From Eledone cirrhosa (lineage: Eukaryota): a stretch of 64,000 bases of DNA. The stretch is from contig OZ024743.1 of NCBI GenBank assembly GCA_964016885.1, positions 292,578,001-292,642,000 on the forward strand, read 5' to 3'. Both the position numbers and the translations under genes were made by a program. Shown here one piece after another: positions 1 to 17,196 of this stretch (the stretch's first letter is position 1; each line of letters starts with the position of its first letter). A model generated the notes under the pieces. It was not told where the DNA came from, did no database searches, and worked only from the letters and a program-made list of their open reading frames with translations.

Positions 1-681
1 TACGGCCTTCGTTGCAAAGAAAGATTCTCGTCAGAAGGTTCTTTTCATTCAAAGAATATAAAATTCCTGAATTTAAATCACAAACTAGCGCTATCAAAAC
101 TGTTCCTGGGATGAGAGTGGATGAAGAAACAGGTTTATCAAGGGCCGTAGCAAAGATAGAGGCAAAAGGAGGTAGGTCAAACTAGCCACAGCTATTGCTA
201 GCAGCAGTCAGAACCACTAACGTTAAGAACAAAATTGGTCGTTCTGACTGCTGCTAGCAATAGCTGTGGCTAGTTTGCCCTACCTCCTTTTGCCTCTATC
301 TTTGCTACGGCCCTTGATAAACCTGTTTCTTCATCCACTCTCATCCCAGGAACAGTTTTGATAGCGCTAGTTTGTGATTTAAATTCAGGAATTTTATATT
401 CTTTGAATGAAAAGAACCTTCTGACGAGAATCTTTCTTTGCAACGAAGGCCGTATGGTCTCCGTTTTATTTTTGGGATTCGAAACCGATCGGTAAAGGTA
501 ACTATAGTAGGTAAAGTCAATTTTTTAAAATTTATTTTGAAACTTTTTCATTATTTGATAAACCTTGTTTATATTTGTTCTGGCTCGTTAATTTATTAAC
601 CCGCCAGCCATTGAACCGCACTGGCATTTGGTTGGACAATACATGCGTACCTTGGCGCCTTGTGCGTGAAGGAACGTATAT

Positions 682-684
<3 letters not shown>
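1..684 (+). mobile_element. Fold-back PLE pseudo-LTR-like element (inverted arms 1-214 / 241-454) ending in (TA)n
   Basis: 1-214 is the near-perfect reverse complement of 241-454 with a 26-nt spacer. It carries an HHR at 416-499 and runs into (TA)n at ~685. It may extend left of the window. Confidence 0.7.
416..499 (+). ncRNA. Type I hammerhead ribozyme, long stem II
   Basis: acctt-CTGACGA-gaatc...gattc-GAAA-ccgatcgg-TA^-aaggt: intact core, stem I acctt/aaggt, stem II gaatc/gattc, palindromic stem III. Confidence 0.88.
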
Positions 685-760
<76 letters not shown>

Positions 761-913
761 TATTTTCCGTTGTGTTGTAATAACTAAAAGTTTGTAGATA
801 GCTGTTTTAGGTTATGTAACTGTTATAGAAACACGTGTCAATAAATTCCTTTCAACTAAACTGTATCCATTCAAATCTTTCTATATATATATATATATAT
901 ATATACTATATAC

Positions 914-4790
<3,877 letters not shown>

Positions 4791-4935
4791 TAAGATCCTC
4801 GTATTTAACAAGCGATAACAAAAATACAAGATTTGTTTTGTAAAATACGACAAAAACTTCGTATTTAACAAGCAATAACAAAAAATACAAGATTTATTTT
4901 GGAAAATACGACAAATTACAGGAGGATTTGTTTGG

Positions 4936-5002
<67 letters not shown>

Positions 5003-5009
<7 letters not shown>

Positions 5010-5862
5010 GAATAATCGAGTATCGAAAAATCGGCGCACGAGTTCACGATAAACAAAATTCGACATGAGTGGCAGAGGGCTCAATAATTCAGATAAATCA
5101 GAGTTATAACTATCGTTAAAATACCGACACACATAGATCATGTCTAAAATCAACCATACGACCGAAAAATTACGATCCGGAAGATTCGGGTCACTCAGAT
5201 AAAATATCAATAAATCAATAAATCATATGAATGTAAAAAGCTTACCCGGACCCACTAGAAAGATGGTAAATCTAGCTTCTTAGGTTTCTGTAAATCCTTA
5301 AATCGCCCACTATCAGCCCACATAAAAATATATAAGACTTCTAGGGAGCGGCGGACAGGAAATACTTTATCAACGAGCTTTGTCCAGACGAATAAAAAAG
5401 CACAACCCTAGCTGAAAACGCACATGGAATCCAGCAAGGGAGATAACCTCTATATCCGCGAAAAATATTCTGGAATGTGGAAAATCACATATCGAATAAG
5501 AGTGCTCAATAGACATGTTAAAATAAACAGGAGCTATTCATCATTTAATAGAATCGACAAAAAATGAACAATAAAATTAACTGGTCTAGAGCTAAATATA
5601 GTAGAATAATCGAGTATCGAAAAATCGGCGCACGAGTTCACGATAAACAAAATTCGACATGAGTGACAGAGGGCTCAATAATTCAGATAAATCAGAGCTA
5701 TAACTATCGTTAAAATACCAACACACATAGATCATGTCTAAAATCAACCATACGACCGAAAAATTACGATCCGGAAGATTCGGGTCACTCAGATAAAATA
5801 TCAATAAATCAATAAATCATATGAATGTAAAAAGCTTACCCGGACCCACTAGAAGGATGGTA
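5003..5862. repeat. Partial tandem repeat, ~592-bp period (5003-5270 repeated at 5596-5862)
   Basis: Near-identical blocks (tatagtagaataatcgagtatcg...cccactagaa) starting right after a (TA)n tract. Confidence 0.85.
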
Positions 5863-6038
5863 AATATATATTTCGTTTCTGAATTTGTTTAGCAAGATTC
5901 TTTATCTGAAAACGTCTATTGAAACCGATATTGTTATAATTTGGGAGGGTCATTGTGCCAATTAGAAACACACGCACCATTTGCTTGCACTCCAATTTAT
6001 TATAAATTAAATTTATAAATTCCCGTACTATATACATT

Positions 6039-6083
<45 letters not shown>

Positions 6084-7257
6084 TATATACATTTATATAT
6101 ATATATATATAGTATAAAAAAACGAAAAATCAGTGATGCATCTGGACTCAGTTTATTGCATGTTACAATTGACTCGCTGGCAGGTAGCTCGAGACATGAT
6201 CACTGTATGGATCTGGCTGATTCTACGGGTGCAGGTTCCCTCGGAGACGGGCAGTTCGTTCGGAGAAAATTTTCTCACTGGGATTTATCGTCAAAAAACA
6301 CCTTCAAAAAACATCTTCCACTCTTGTCATGCCATTGGCTGTTGTTATTCTACGTCATCTTACGTTTTGGTCACTATTTACTGCTACACGGATCATCAGC
6401 CATTTTCCGTCCGACACACTTCAATGGAGCCCTGCTGGGTTCGGTATCTCACACGTCTGTTCACACTCCAGAGTCTGTACCCACATATTTACACACACGC
6501 GCAGGCACACACCTGCATGCATACACATATGTACGCATACATGTGTCGACACACATACCCCCATACACATATATATACACGCACACACTCTCCCTCTCTT
6601 CCACAAACTCAGGCACACCCACATCCAGATACCGACCGCCACATGTTTATTAGCGCCTGCCTAAACAGCGCCATACATCCGGTCTCACGCGCACGCATAG
6701 GCGCACACACGCGCAGACACACACGTCCACGCATGCAAAGACACATATCGGCGTTCGGGCACATCGGCAAATATATACACACAAACACTCTCAGACACAT
6801 ACATGGATACACACGCACATACACGCATATCATTATTGGTAGGCATCAAGAGCAGACGCACTTCCAAAGACATAAGCACACATACACACATATACACGCA
6901 CCTGTACATATATCTACACACAAGTACATGTACCCGCATATAAACTCATAGACAAATCCTGTCCTATGTGGTTGTACGTATGCGCCCACACACACACGTA
7001 CACATTGAGAGACATTCACACCATATGTATATTTATTTATATATGTGTGTACATAGACACACTGTCATATCCACACGCATGCAGACACACACGTATACAC
7101 ATATACATATATGTATACGCACACATACATACACATACACGTGTATACACGCACATACACATACATACTTATACGCACATATGTCTATATGTGCACACAG
7201 ACCCACGCAAACATACACATATACACACACATACGCGCGCACATATACCTACGCACA

Positions 7258-7307
<50 letters not shown>

Positions 7308-7309
<2 letters not shown>

Positions 7310-7389
7310 ACAAAGGAATTGTGGTAAGGAACCAGATGGACCATAACGCACCAGAGTACTCAATAGTTAGGGTAGTAGAGTGGGAAATA
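7308..7389 (-). mobile_element. 3' tip of a pseudo-LTR (same family as 33537-33750) inserted in (TA)n
   Basis: gaattgtggtaaggaaccagatggaccataacgcaccagagtactcaata is shared with 33543-33592 and is absent from the paralogous arm near 12190-12215. Confidence 0.8.
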
Positions 7390-7676
7390 TATATATATAT
7401 ATATACATACACATACATACAAGATACACATACGTACACCTAACTACATACACACACATATATATAAAAAAACTCTACATGCTTACGCACACCCACATAT
7501 ATAGATACATATATACATGCACAACTATATACATGTACATACATATACATACGCACACGGACGGCCCTATGCACACACATGCACATATGCATATTTGCTT
7601 ACACACACATGCTTCCACTTATACATATATAAACAAAACCGTAAAATAAATATATAATATATAATAAAAAATACAA

Positions 7677-9003
7677 TCTATATATATAAAACTGTGGTTG
7701 TCTGTCTGTCTATCGATTTTTGGCACACATCTCCTCTTAGAATCTCTCACAGAATTGCACCGAAATTGCTATACTTGTACATTGAGCCCTAGCGAAGACA
7801 TCGGAAAAAAAAAATTTCAAATTGACCCACCCTATGTGACGAAATCGAATATAATGTATCGATTTTTGAGCGTAAGTTATCAGTTATTTCCATTTGTTCT
7901 GTTTACATTGAGCGTCTTACGTAAAAAATTACGCTGGCTTTAACAGTTGTCGAGCCAGCAAAATATTGACCTGCAAAATTCATCAGTTCGAACACTAAGC
8001 TTCCGTTTTGCTTCATTTCCATTTAAAAGCATTTTAAAACAATATTTTTACTTGAAAACAAGTCTATTTAAAGACTACGTAAAACAAGCAAATATTTCGT
8101 CGTTAGGCGTGCAGACAGACAGTCGTGCAGAGAGGTGATATACGCGTGCAGACAGATAGTCGTGCAGAGAGGTGATATAGGCGTGCAGACAGACAGTCGT
8201 GCAGAGAGGTGATATAGGCGTGCAGACAGACAGTCGTGCAGAGAGGTGATATAGGCGTGCAGACAGACATAACTGATAATTTGGTTACGCTAATGTTTTT
8301 CTCTGCGTTGCAGTGTTTACATTTTCGATCTTTGTTAATAAATAACCAGTGCAGTTTCTATCCCCGGCATCCTCTTTTGTTATAACATTCGGGTTATCGT
8401 TATGTTTTCTTAACTTCATAAGGCATATTGTTGGTTGAGGGAATATTAATCAAAAACACGCTTCATTTCCATTTAAAAGCATTTTAAAACAATATTTTTA
8501 CTTGAAAACAAGTCTATTTAAAGACTACGTAAAACAAGCAAATATTTCGTCGTTAGGCGTGCAGACAGACAGTCGTGCAGACAGACAGTCGTGCAGAGAG
8601 GTGATATAGGCGTGCAGACAGACAGTCGTGCAGAGAGGTGATATAGGCGTGCAGACAGACAGTCGTGCAGAGAGGTGATATAGGCGTGCAGAGAGACATA
8701 ACTGATAATTTGGTTACGCTAATGTTTTTCTCTGCGTTGCAGTGTTTACATTTTCGATCTTTGTTAATAAATAACCAGTGCAGTTTTTATCCCCAGCATC
8801 CTCTTTTGTTATAACATTCGGGTTATCGTTATGTTTTCTTAACTTCATAAGGCATATTGTTGGTTGAGGGAATATTAATCAAAAACACCACATGCAAGTC
8901 TGCACAGTAGACATTACAGTTTTTAAGCCAAAAAAGAAACTTAACATTGTAACTTTAACACAGCTACTGAGCGACCCCGAGCAACGCCGGGCTTTACTGC
9001 TAG
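7677..9003 (+). mobile_element. Non-autonomous Helitron
   Basis: 5' TC(TATATATATAAAA) end, 3' hairpin cccg..cggg followed by CTAG, inserted between A and T with no TSD. The empty site aatacaa|tatacaata is present in the inverted paralog (~11895-11915). Confidence 0.9.
8010..8888 (+). repeat. Internal ~450-bp tandem duplication with 37-bp minisatellite inside the Helitron
   Basis: gcttcatttccatttaaaagc occurs at 8010 and 8460. The unit ggcgtgcagacagacagtcgtgcagagaggtgatata is repeated ~4x in each copy. Confidence 0.92.
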
Positions 9004-10099
9004 TATACAATAAAATAACAATAAAATATCATAACATAAAATAACAATATAGTATACAATATATTATACATATATATATATATATATACGTGCTTACATA
9101 TTCATACATACACATATATACATACACAATGGATATATGATAAAATAATATATAATAAAATGAATATATAATCCATCTGTACACATTCCTGTGAGATGTA
9201 CAGACATATATATATATATATATATACACATAAATACATATACATATAGAGACCCAGATATACATACATACGCACACACACATATACATACATGCGCACC
9301 CACACACATACTCATACACAGCTATACATATATATATATATACATATATATACATACACAGCCATATTGTACATACATGTACATGCATGCACACACACAC
9401 GTATAAGCTCATGCATATACGTACACATGCACACATACACACCCCCATACACACGCACGTACATATATATCTACATACACACAGACATACGTATACATAC
9501 GCACAGTTCTACACATAAAAACATACATATAAACACAATAAGATAATAAAATAAAATAAATAAATTTACAATATGTTATAAAATACATTAAAATCTGTAT
9601 GTAACTTCACAAAGAGATAAATAAAAAAAGGGGGTGGTACAGGAGAAGGTGCGTGTATCCACGTGATATACTACATACAGGTAGTATGAGGTGCAAACCT
9701 AGGTCCGTATATGGAACAAGTAACAATAACAACACAATAACAACAGTAATAATAATTGTTCCAAAGTGGAACATGTGGAGAGTATATATTCACGATTTAT
9801 GGGGTACAGATTCAAGGGGACGCTTGGCCCGGTCAACATAGGGTATGCCACCGTGGTTGGGGTGTGCTGTTCTAAATGTTTGGGGTATTTGACTGGACGA
9901 CCGTGGATTCCGTGTTAGCCGGTCCCGGCATAGGCGATGTACCTGCCCAATGTTGCGTGCTCGGTCAGGTGTGCACCCTTATTTACTTATATTTGCCACA
10001 TGGGTCGCACAATGTAATCAGGGCATGGTGTCAGGTTCCTTAATCCCGTTGGGCCACTCGGGTCTCTGCATACCCGGTCCCATGCCCCTGGCCTGTGCT

Positions 10100-11224
10100 A
10101 CCCGGAGGATTCCATGCTGAAAATGTGCATCTTCTCTGGTGTCTGCAAGTCATGATAATTTCAGACTTCAGGTTGACCGCGTCATCTTTCAGTCTGACTA
10201 TCTCCATGGCCTCGTGTAGGCATAATCGGCACTTTCTACTTCCAGCCGAACATGCCCTCGCATGGCGAACGATACTCCATTCCAGGGCGTACGGAGTGCC
10301 TTAGTCTTTTAGTTCCCACACCAGGTCCGCTAACCTAGTGGAGTGCCTTTTGCTACGGTCCCTGAAGGAACTCGTGTGATTATACATCCGCGATTTAAAG
10401 GTCGTGGATGTTTCGCCGATGTAGGTGCGATGCGCATTTTGAGTTGTAACCACACACTTGTATATCAGGTCCTTCGTCAGGAATTTTCCCTGCAGGGGGC
10501 ACTGGGTGCCCGCTCTGCAGTTACAAGTTCTGTTGTCGGTTCTTTTGCATCTGATATCTGGGCTTCGATCTGTTATGGCCCTCTCAGGGTTCACAGGGTG
10601 TTGTTCCGCCGAAACTGTGATCTCCCCTATGCCACTCGTTCCCTCCCGGCGTTGGACCACATCACATTCCGCGGTTGTTCCGGCCGCCTCGGGGGCCGGG
10701 CTATCATTTGAGGGCTGGTCCCCGGGTGGTCCCCCGCGCTCCGATAGACAGTCATTCTGTCGCCGCGGTTTACGGCCAATGCTCGCCATATTCACCGCGT
10801 TAGTCTTAGCCATGTAGTCGGCCATGTTAGGTGCTGTGGCGAAGGAAAACTTCACCAACGCTCGGAAAAAAAGTCCTGGCACGTTGGTGCGTACATGTTT
10901 GGAGTAAGGCGCATTAAACCAAATAACGGCCTTAGATCTGTTCCTTCTCGTGCATGGATTCGTGTTGGTGTGTCCTGGACCCGATGTCAGTCTTGTGCTC
11001 TGCCCAGCTACACTTATATCTCCTGTGTTGTCTCTATCTATGTGCCCGCTATGGGCATCGGGGTTATGCCCTTCAGTTATTAAGTTACCTCGTTTTGTGT
11101 GGTCGGCTATACATCTAGTCCCCTTAGGTCTATGTGATGCTGCTGTCGGTGCTGGACCACTACAACCAGACTGGGTGTGCTCTCTGGCGGGTGCCACGTC
11201 CGTATGTGTCGATGTCCTGTCCAT
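10100..11224 (-). pseudogene. PLE linker plus GIY-YIG endonuclease (Naiad-like)
   Basis: VIWFNAPYS, CNCx5Cx5(C>F), LIYKC...YIGETSTTFKSRMYNHTSSF, LADLVWELKD*. Reading past the TAA gives WSIV...CRLCLHE...CRH. Confidence 0.9.
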
Positions 11225-13308
11225 GGTCCAAGTTGCCGCGGAGCATGCAGTGTGCGTGCCAGGCCCATGTCTCCGCGTACTGGGTGGTGTTGCTCCTATG
11301 GGTGCCTTTGTCCTTCATACGGTCGGTCCTGTGTTATTAATGTTAGTTGTGTTGCTATTTGTGTTCCTAGAGGCTGCTACCGGGCCATTTCTTCTACCTA
11401 TGGAGGCGCCCCCGCTATTGCCATTTCTGCACGCCTCATCACTTGGCTCTTCTCTATCCGGAGCGGGGGCGCCTCCATAGGTAAAAGAAATTACCCGGCA
11501 GCATGAGCTTATACGTGTGTGTGTTCATGCATGTACATGTATGTACAATGTGGCTGTGTGTACGTGTATATGTATATGTATATGTATATATATATATATG
11601 TATAGCTGTGTATGAGTATGTGTGGGTATGTGGGTGCGTATGTATATATATATGTGTGTGTGCGTATGTATGTATATGTGGATCTCTATATGTATGTGTA
11701 TTTATTTGTATATATATGTGTACATCTCACAGGAATGGATGGATTATATATTCATTTTATTATGTATTATTTTATCATATATCAATTGTGTATGTATATA
11801 TGTGTATGTATGAATATGTAAGCACGTATATATATATATATGTATAATATATTGTATACTATATTGTTATTTTATGTTATGTTATTTTATTGTTATTTTA
11901 TTGTATATTGTATTTTTTATTATATATTATATATTTATTTTACGGTTTTGTTTATATATGTATAAGTGGAAGCATGTGTGTGGAAGCAAATATGCATATG
12001 TGCATGTGTGGGCATAGGGCCATCTGTGTGTGTATGTATATGTATGTACATGTATATATGTGTGCATGTATATATGTATGTATATATGTGGGTGTGCGTA
12101 TGCATGTAGAGTGTTTTATATATATCTGTGTGTATGTATGTGTGTATGTAGTTAGGTGTACGTATGTGTATCTTGCATGTATGTGTATGTATATATATAT
12201 ATATGTATATAAGATTGTGCGTAGGTATATATGCGCCCGTATGTGTGTGTATATGTGTATGTTTGCGTGGGTGTTAGTGCACATATGGACATATGTGCGT
12301 ATAAGTATGTATGTGTATGTGCGTATAAGTATGTATGTGTATGTGCGTGTATACATGTGTATGTGTATGTATGCGTGCGTATACATATATGTATATGTAT
12401 ATACGTGTGTGTCTGCATGCGTGTGTATATGTGAATGTGTCTATGTACACACACATATATAAATATATATATATATGGTGTGAGTCTCTGTCAGTGGGTG
12501 TGTGTGTGTAGTGTGTGGGCGCATACGTACACCCACATAGGACAGGGTTTGTATATGTGCTTATATGCGGGTACATGAGCTTGTGTGTAAATATATGTAC
12601 AGGTGTGTGTATATGTGTGTATGTGCGCTTATGTCTTTGGAAGTGTGTCTGTTCTTGATGCCTATCAATAATGATATGCGTATATGTACGTGTGTATCCA
12701 TGTATGTGTCTGAGAGTGTTTGAGTGTATATATGTGCTGATGTGCCCGAACGCCGATATGTGTCTTTGTATGCGTGGACGCGAGTGTCTGCGCGTGTGTG
12801 CACCTATGCGTGCGTGTGAGACCGAATGTATGGCGCTGTTTAGGCAGGCGCCAATAAGCATGTGGCGGTCGCTATCTGGATGTGGGTGTGCCTGGGTTTG
12901 TGGAAGAGAGGGAGAGTATGTGCGTGTATATATAAATGTATGGGTGTATGTGTGTCTACACATGTATGCGTACATATGTGTATGCATGCACGTGTGTATG
13001 TATGTATGTGTGTGTTTATATATGTGGGTACATACTCCGGAGTGTGAACAGACTTGTGAGATACCGAACCCAGCAGGGCTCTATTGAAGTGTGTCGGACG
13101 GAAATGGCCGATGACCCGTGTAGCAGTAAATAGTGACCAAAACGAAGATGACGTAGAATAACAACAGCCAATGGCATGACAAGAGTGGAAGATGTTTTTT
13201 GAAGTTATTTTTTGACGATAACACCCCAGTGAGAAAATGTTCTCCGAACGAATTGCCCGTGTCCGAAGGAACCAGCAGCCGTAGAATCAGCCAGATCCAT
13301 ACAGTGAT

Positions 13309-13348
13309 CATGTCTCGAGCTACCTGCCGGCGAAACAATTGTAACATG
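13309..13348 (+). ncRNA. Hammerhead-like motif with 2-nt core deletion (inverted copy at 6159-6198)
   Basis: catgt-CT(--)CGA-gctacctgccggc-GAAA-caattg-TA^-acatg: stem I, stem II and palindromic stem III are present, but the core reads CTCGA in both copies. Confidence 0.55.
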
Positions 13349-13480
13349 CAAAAAACTGAGTCCAGATGCATCACTGATTTTTCGTTTTTTTAATACTATC
13401 CACTCTCTGCTCTGTATGAATATTGAGTACTAATTTTGGCATACCGCCTATGGAATCACCATAACTACCATTATACACAC

Positions 13481-13560
<80 letters not shown>

Positions 13561-13561
13561 T

Positions 13562-13644
<83 letters not shown>

Positions 13645-14327
13645 GTGGATGAATACCTCAACAGGTACAAATTACTTGTAGAAATATGCAATTTGTTTAT
13701 AATATTTGTGGTTCAATGGTACTAATTCGAGATACCAGAACAATATAAAAAGTAGCGAAGCAAGCGGTTATCAAACAATTCTCTAAATAAATTAAAAAAC
13801 GATTTAAATAATCACCTGTTTCAATGCTGTTACCGACGGTTTCATCATTCCAAAAGATTGGAAATCCAGAGAATTTCCAATGGAAAGAAATGAATCTTCA
13901 GAGAGCCTAATTACACACCATAAGGTTGCAAACCCCATAGTAAGTAAATATTTTGCTTCCTGCCCAACGCATGCGGTCGAGCCGTTAAAATGACACACAC
14001 GCAAAATCAGGTCGCTGATAATAGCTGTATATTATAAACATGTTGATATTGCCACTAAAATTAGCAGCATTATGAAACGTTTTGTTCTCTACATAAGGAG
14101 AAAAATTATAAAAGGGGATGAATACCTCAACAGGTACAAATTATTTGTAGAAATATGCAATTTGTTTATAATATTTGTGGTTCAATGGTACTAATTAGAG
14201 ATGCCAGAACAATATAAAAAGTAGCGAAGCAAGCGGTTATCAAACTATTCTCTAAATTGAAACAGGTGATTATGTAAATCGTTTTTTAATTTATTTAGAG
14301 AGTTGTTTGATAACCGCTTGCTTCGCT

Positions 14328-14335
<8 letters not shown>
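13645..14335 (-). mobile_element. ORF-less HHR-bearing element, ~470-bp partial tandem plus inverted tip, (TA)n-bounded
   Basis: 13647-13785 is repeated at 14117-14256. 14257-14333 is an inverted copy of ~13748-13824. Confidence 0.75.
13826..13906 (-). ncRNA. Type I hammerhead ribozyme, extended stem II
   Basis: Minus strand: gctct-CTGAAGA-ttcatttc...attggaaatt/ggatttccaat...ggaatgat-GAAA-ccgtcgg-TA^-acagc, with one stem I mismatch. Confidence 0.8.
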
Positions 14336-14379
<44 letters not shown>

Positions 14380-14413
14380 GTGTGTGTGTAGGAGGTGAGT
14401 TTTATTGTAGTAC

Positions 14414-14444
<31 letters not shown>

Positions 14445-14459
14445 GAGGTGAGTTTTATT

Positions 14460-15628
14460 GTAGTACCCTTACCATAAAAAGAATGAGAATCTAAATTAGG
14501 ATAATTTTAAATCTAACCACCCCACTAACATTAAAAATGCTATAGTTACTAATATTGGAAAAAGAATATCAAAACTATCATCTAATAAAAATATCTTTGA
14601 TGCTAACGCCAATTAATAACGCGCTTTCTAAAGCCGCTTATCCTGATAAAATCAAATACAGTAAAGAAACCAATCCTAGAAGATCTTACAGTAAAATAAT
14701 TAATTATGATCATTCCAATAACTTTAATAAAAGACCTAGATACAAAATTATAATCTAGTATAATGATCCTTTCTCCATCTCTATTAATAATAATATTCCT
14801 AAATTATTCTTTAGTGCCTTAAATAAATACTTCCCTCCCTCACATATCTATAGTAAAATATTTAACAAACATACTATAACATTTTCCTATTCCACCTCCT
14901 CCAACATTTCCAACATTATCTCTAAACACAACAATAAAATACTAAATACTAAATCACTTCCTTCCAACACTGAATATCATAATAATAGCAGTAGTACTCC
15001 CGACGTCATTGTTAACTCTAGGCTAGTTTCTGCAAACCCAAATACGACGTCAAACGTAACTTCGTTAAATGTTCTTAATACCAATCTAAATCAGGAAACT
15101 ATTATTCCTATCGTAAATAACTTCTCCAATCCAATTCCTCCTATTGATAACACTAGGTCACTTGTTAATATCTTTGTTAATTTCTCTAATCGCAATTGTA
15201 ATTGCCCTGTTAAAAATAAATGTCCTCTCAACAACCATTGTCTTGAAAAAAACTTAATGTATGAATGTAAAGTTATAACTGACATCAATTCCTTTACCTA
15301 TTTTGGCTCCACTTCCACCTCCTTTAAAGCCCGTCTTTATAATCACCATTCTTCTTTTAAATACCAACTTAAGAGAACCAAAACAGCACTCTCAGAACTC
15401 ATATGGTCCTTGAAAGACAAAAATATTAACTATAACATCTCTTGGAGGAAAGTTTGTTCTGCCTCTCCCTACTTGAATGCATCTCTATCCAAAACATGTA
15501 ATCTTTGCTTATGTGAGAAATTGAGCATTATATCTAATTTAGATTCTATAATAAATAGACGCACTGACTTATTTTCTCTCTGCATAAATTCCACAGAACA
15601 TTCCATAAAGTATACAGCTAATATCTAA
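14460..15628 (+). pseudogene. PLE RT-thumb, linker and GIY-YIG endonuclease, disrupted
   Basis: LMYECKV...YFGSTSTSFKARLYNHHSSF...LSELIWSLKD...CNLCLCEK, with stops and frameshifts upstream. Confidence 0.88.
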
Positions 15629-16875
15629 TACTTTACCAGTTTAAAATCCTTTTTCTCAAAGGCATATATATATATTTCTTTAAAACTATACCCATCTTTC
15701 TACCTTATTTCAATGTTATTTATTATACATTATATAATACTAGTTACTCATTCTATATCATTCCTATTTATCACTTGCCTTTCTTCCTTTTTTCTTTTAA
15801 TTTCTAACCTCTAATCTGTAATTTTTCTTCCTTGATACTTCTCAATTCTTATTATTACTCACCACAATATAACCACTCTTCCTTCTTCCTTCATATCATT
15901 GGCCATAAAACTTATTACTACCTTTTAAATACTTTATAGTATTACCTTTAAAAATCCTTCGTAAACATTAACATTTTTTGACGTTAGATTATTCATCCTC
16001 AGTTCATTATATTTTGTTCTCCCTTTCATGCTCGTCTAACTTTTACATATTACATATCACAATACATAAAAACAAACTTAAACCCTAACCAATCTCCTTT
16101 ATTACGTTATATTATTACCATTAGGAAATACTTCATAAACATATATATTTTGATGTTAGAGTCTTCTCTTCCTTAAACACTATTTTCTTCTTTGCTTTCT
16201 GCGCTCATTTGTAAACAAACTATTTACATATATTACGCATACATATTACATTACATAACAACAAACTTAAACACTAACTAATTACTCTAAATTCATAATT
16301 CATCCACTCTTCTACTTCTTTTCACATTATATCCTTAATAACATTAATATTTTTATTTTAATAATACATATTAACAATTTATTTTCATCGCACATATTAT
16401 TAAACCCTTCAATATACAAACCTTAATTTAATATTATTATTAATACATATTAACAATTTCTTTTCATCGCACATATTATTAAACCCTTCAATATACAAAC
16501 CTTAATTTAACATTATTCTTAATTTATTTTTTGTCTTCGTTCATTTTTTTCTATTTCTTCATCAATTTTCAAATTCTTTTAATTTGTATATTATCTACCA
16601 ACGGCTTTTTAACCTCTCTCTGTGAAACAATATATTTTTCTCAGTTATAAAGGCTATCTCTCCCTTTCTATCACCCATCTCTCCTCCTATCTCATCCTTC
16701 CTTATTATACTCCTCCCCCATCATTCTTTACTCTCATCTCCTCCTCGTTTTCATTCTTTCCAAGCCCACATCATTTTTTTCAGAATATCACAAATCAATC
16801 TTAAATTACTTTTATTGTGTTGATTTAAAACTGCACTATTCACAAGAGTTTTTCAACCTTCATATCATGTCTCCC

Positions 16876-16946
16876 TATTTTATCTGACGAAAACGCAAAT
16901 GTCATCTCAGGATAATATTTGTTTTTGAAATGCGCATAATAAAATA
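16876..16946 (+). ncRNA. Type I hammerhead ribozyme in the pLTR
   Basis: tattttat-CTGACGA-aaacgcaaat...atttgttttt-GAAA-tgcgca-TA^-ataaaata: 8-bp stem I and palindromic stem III, same sense as the PLE ORF. Confidence 0.9.
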
Positions 16947-17024
16947 CATGTAACACATTTAACTATCTTTTGATCTTATATTATATATATATATATATAC
17001 ATTTATATATATATATATACACAC

Positions 17025-17064
<40 letters not shown>

Positions 17065-17093
17065 TTATTTATATATATATATATAGATTTATT

Positions 17094-17196
<103 letters not shown>

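Larger units (their letters stand above)
6109..13476 (-). mobile_element. 5'-truncated Naiad-like Penelope element with ~1.9-kb inverted pseudo-LTR (arms ~6109-9425 with insertions / 11503-13398)
   Basis: GIY-YIG coding region on the minus strand at ~10100-10930. The 3' region 6109-9425 is the reverse complement of 11503-13398 once the Helitron and a small insert are removed. Confidence 0.85.
14460..16980 (+). mobile_element. 5'-truncated Naiad-like Penelope element with long AT-rich 3' UTR/pLTR
   Basis: Thumb region (KSNHP...ISKLSSNKNIFD), KYFPPSH...FSYST, CNCPVKNKCPLNNHC and GIY-YIG, followed by an HHR at 16876 and (TA)n. Confidence 0.88.

Noticed and set aside
8105-8700. 37-bp repeats resembling a CRISPR array
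   Set aside because: Head-to-tail minisatellite with no unique spacers, inside a Helitron, in a eukaryotic context with no cas genes.
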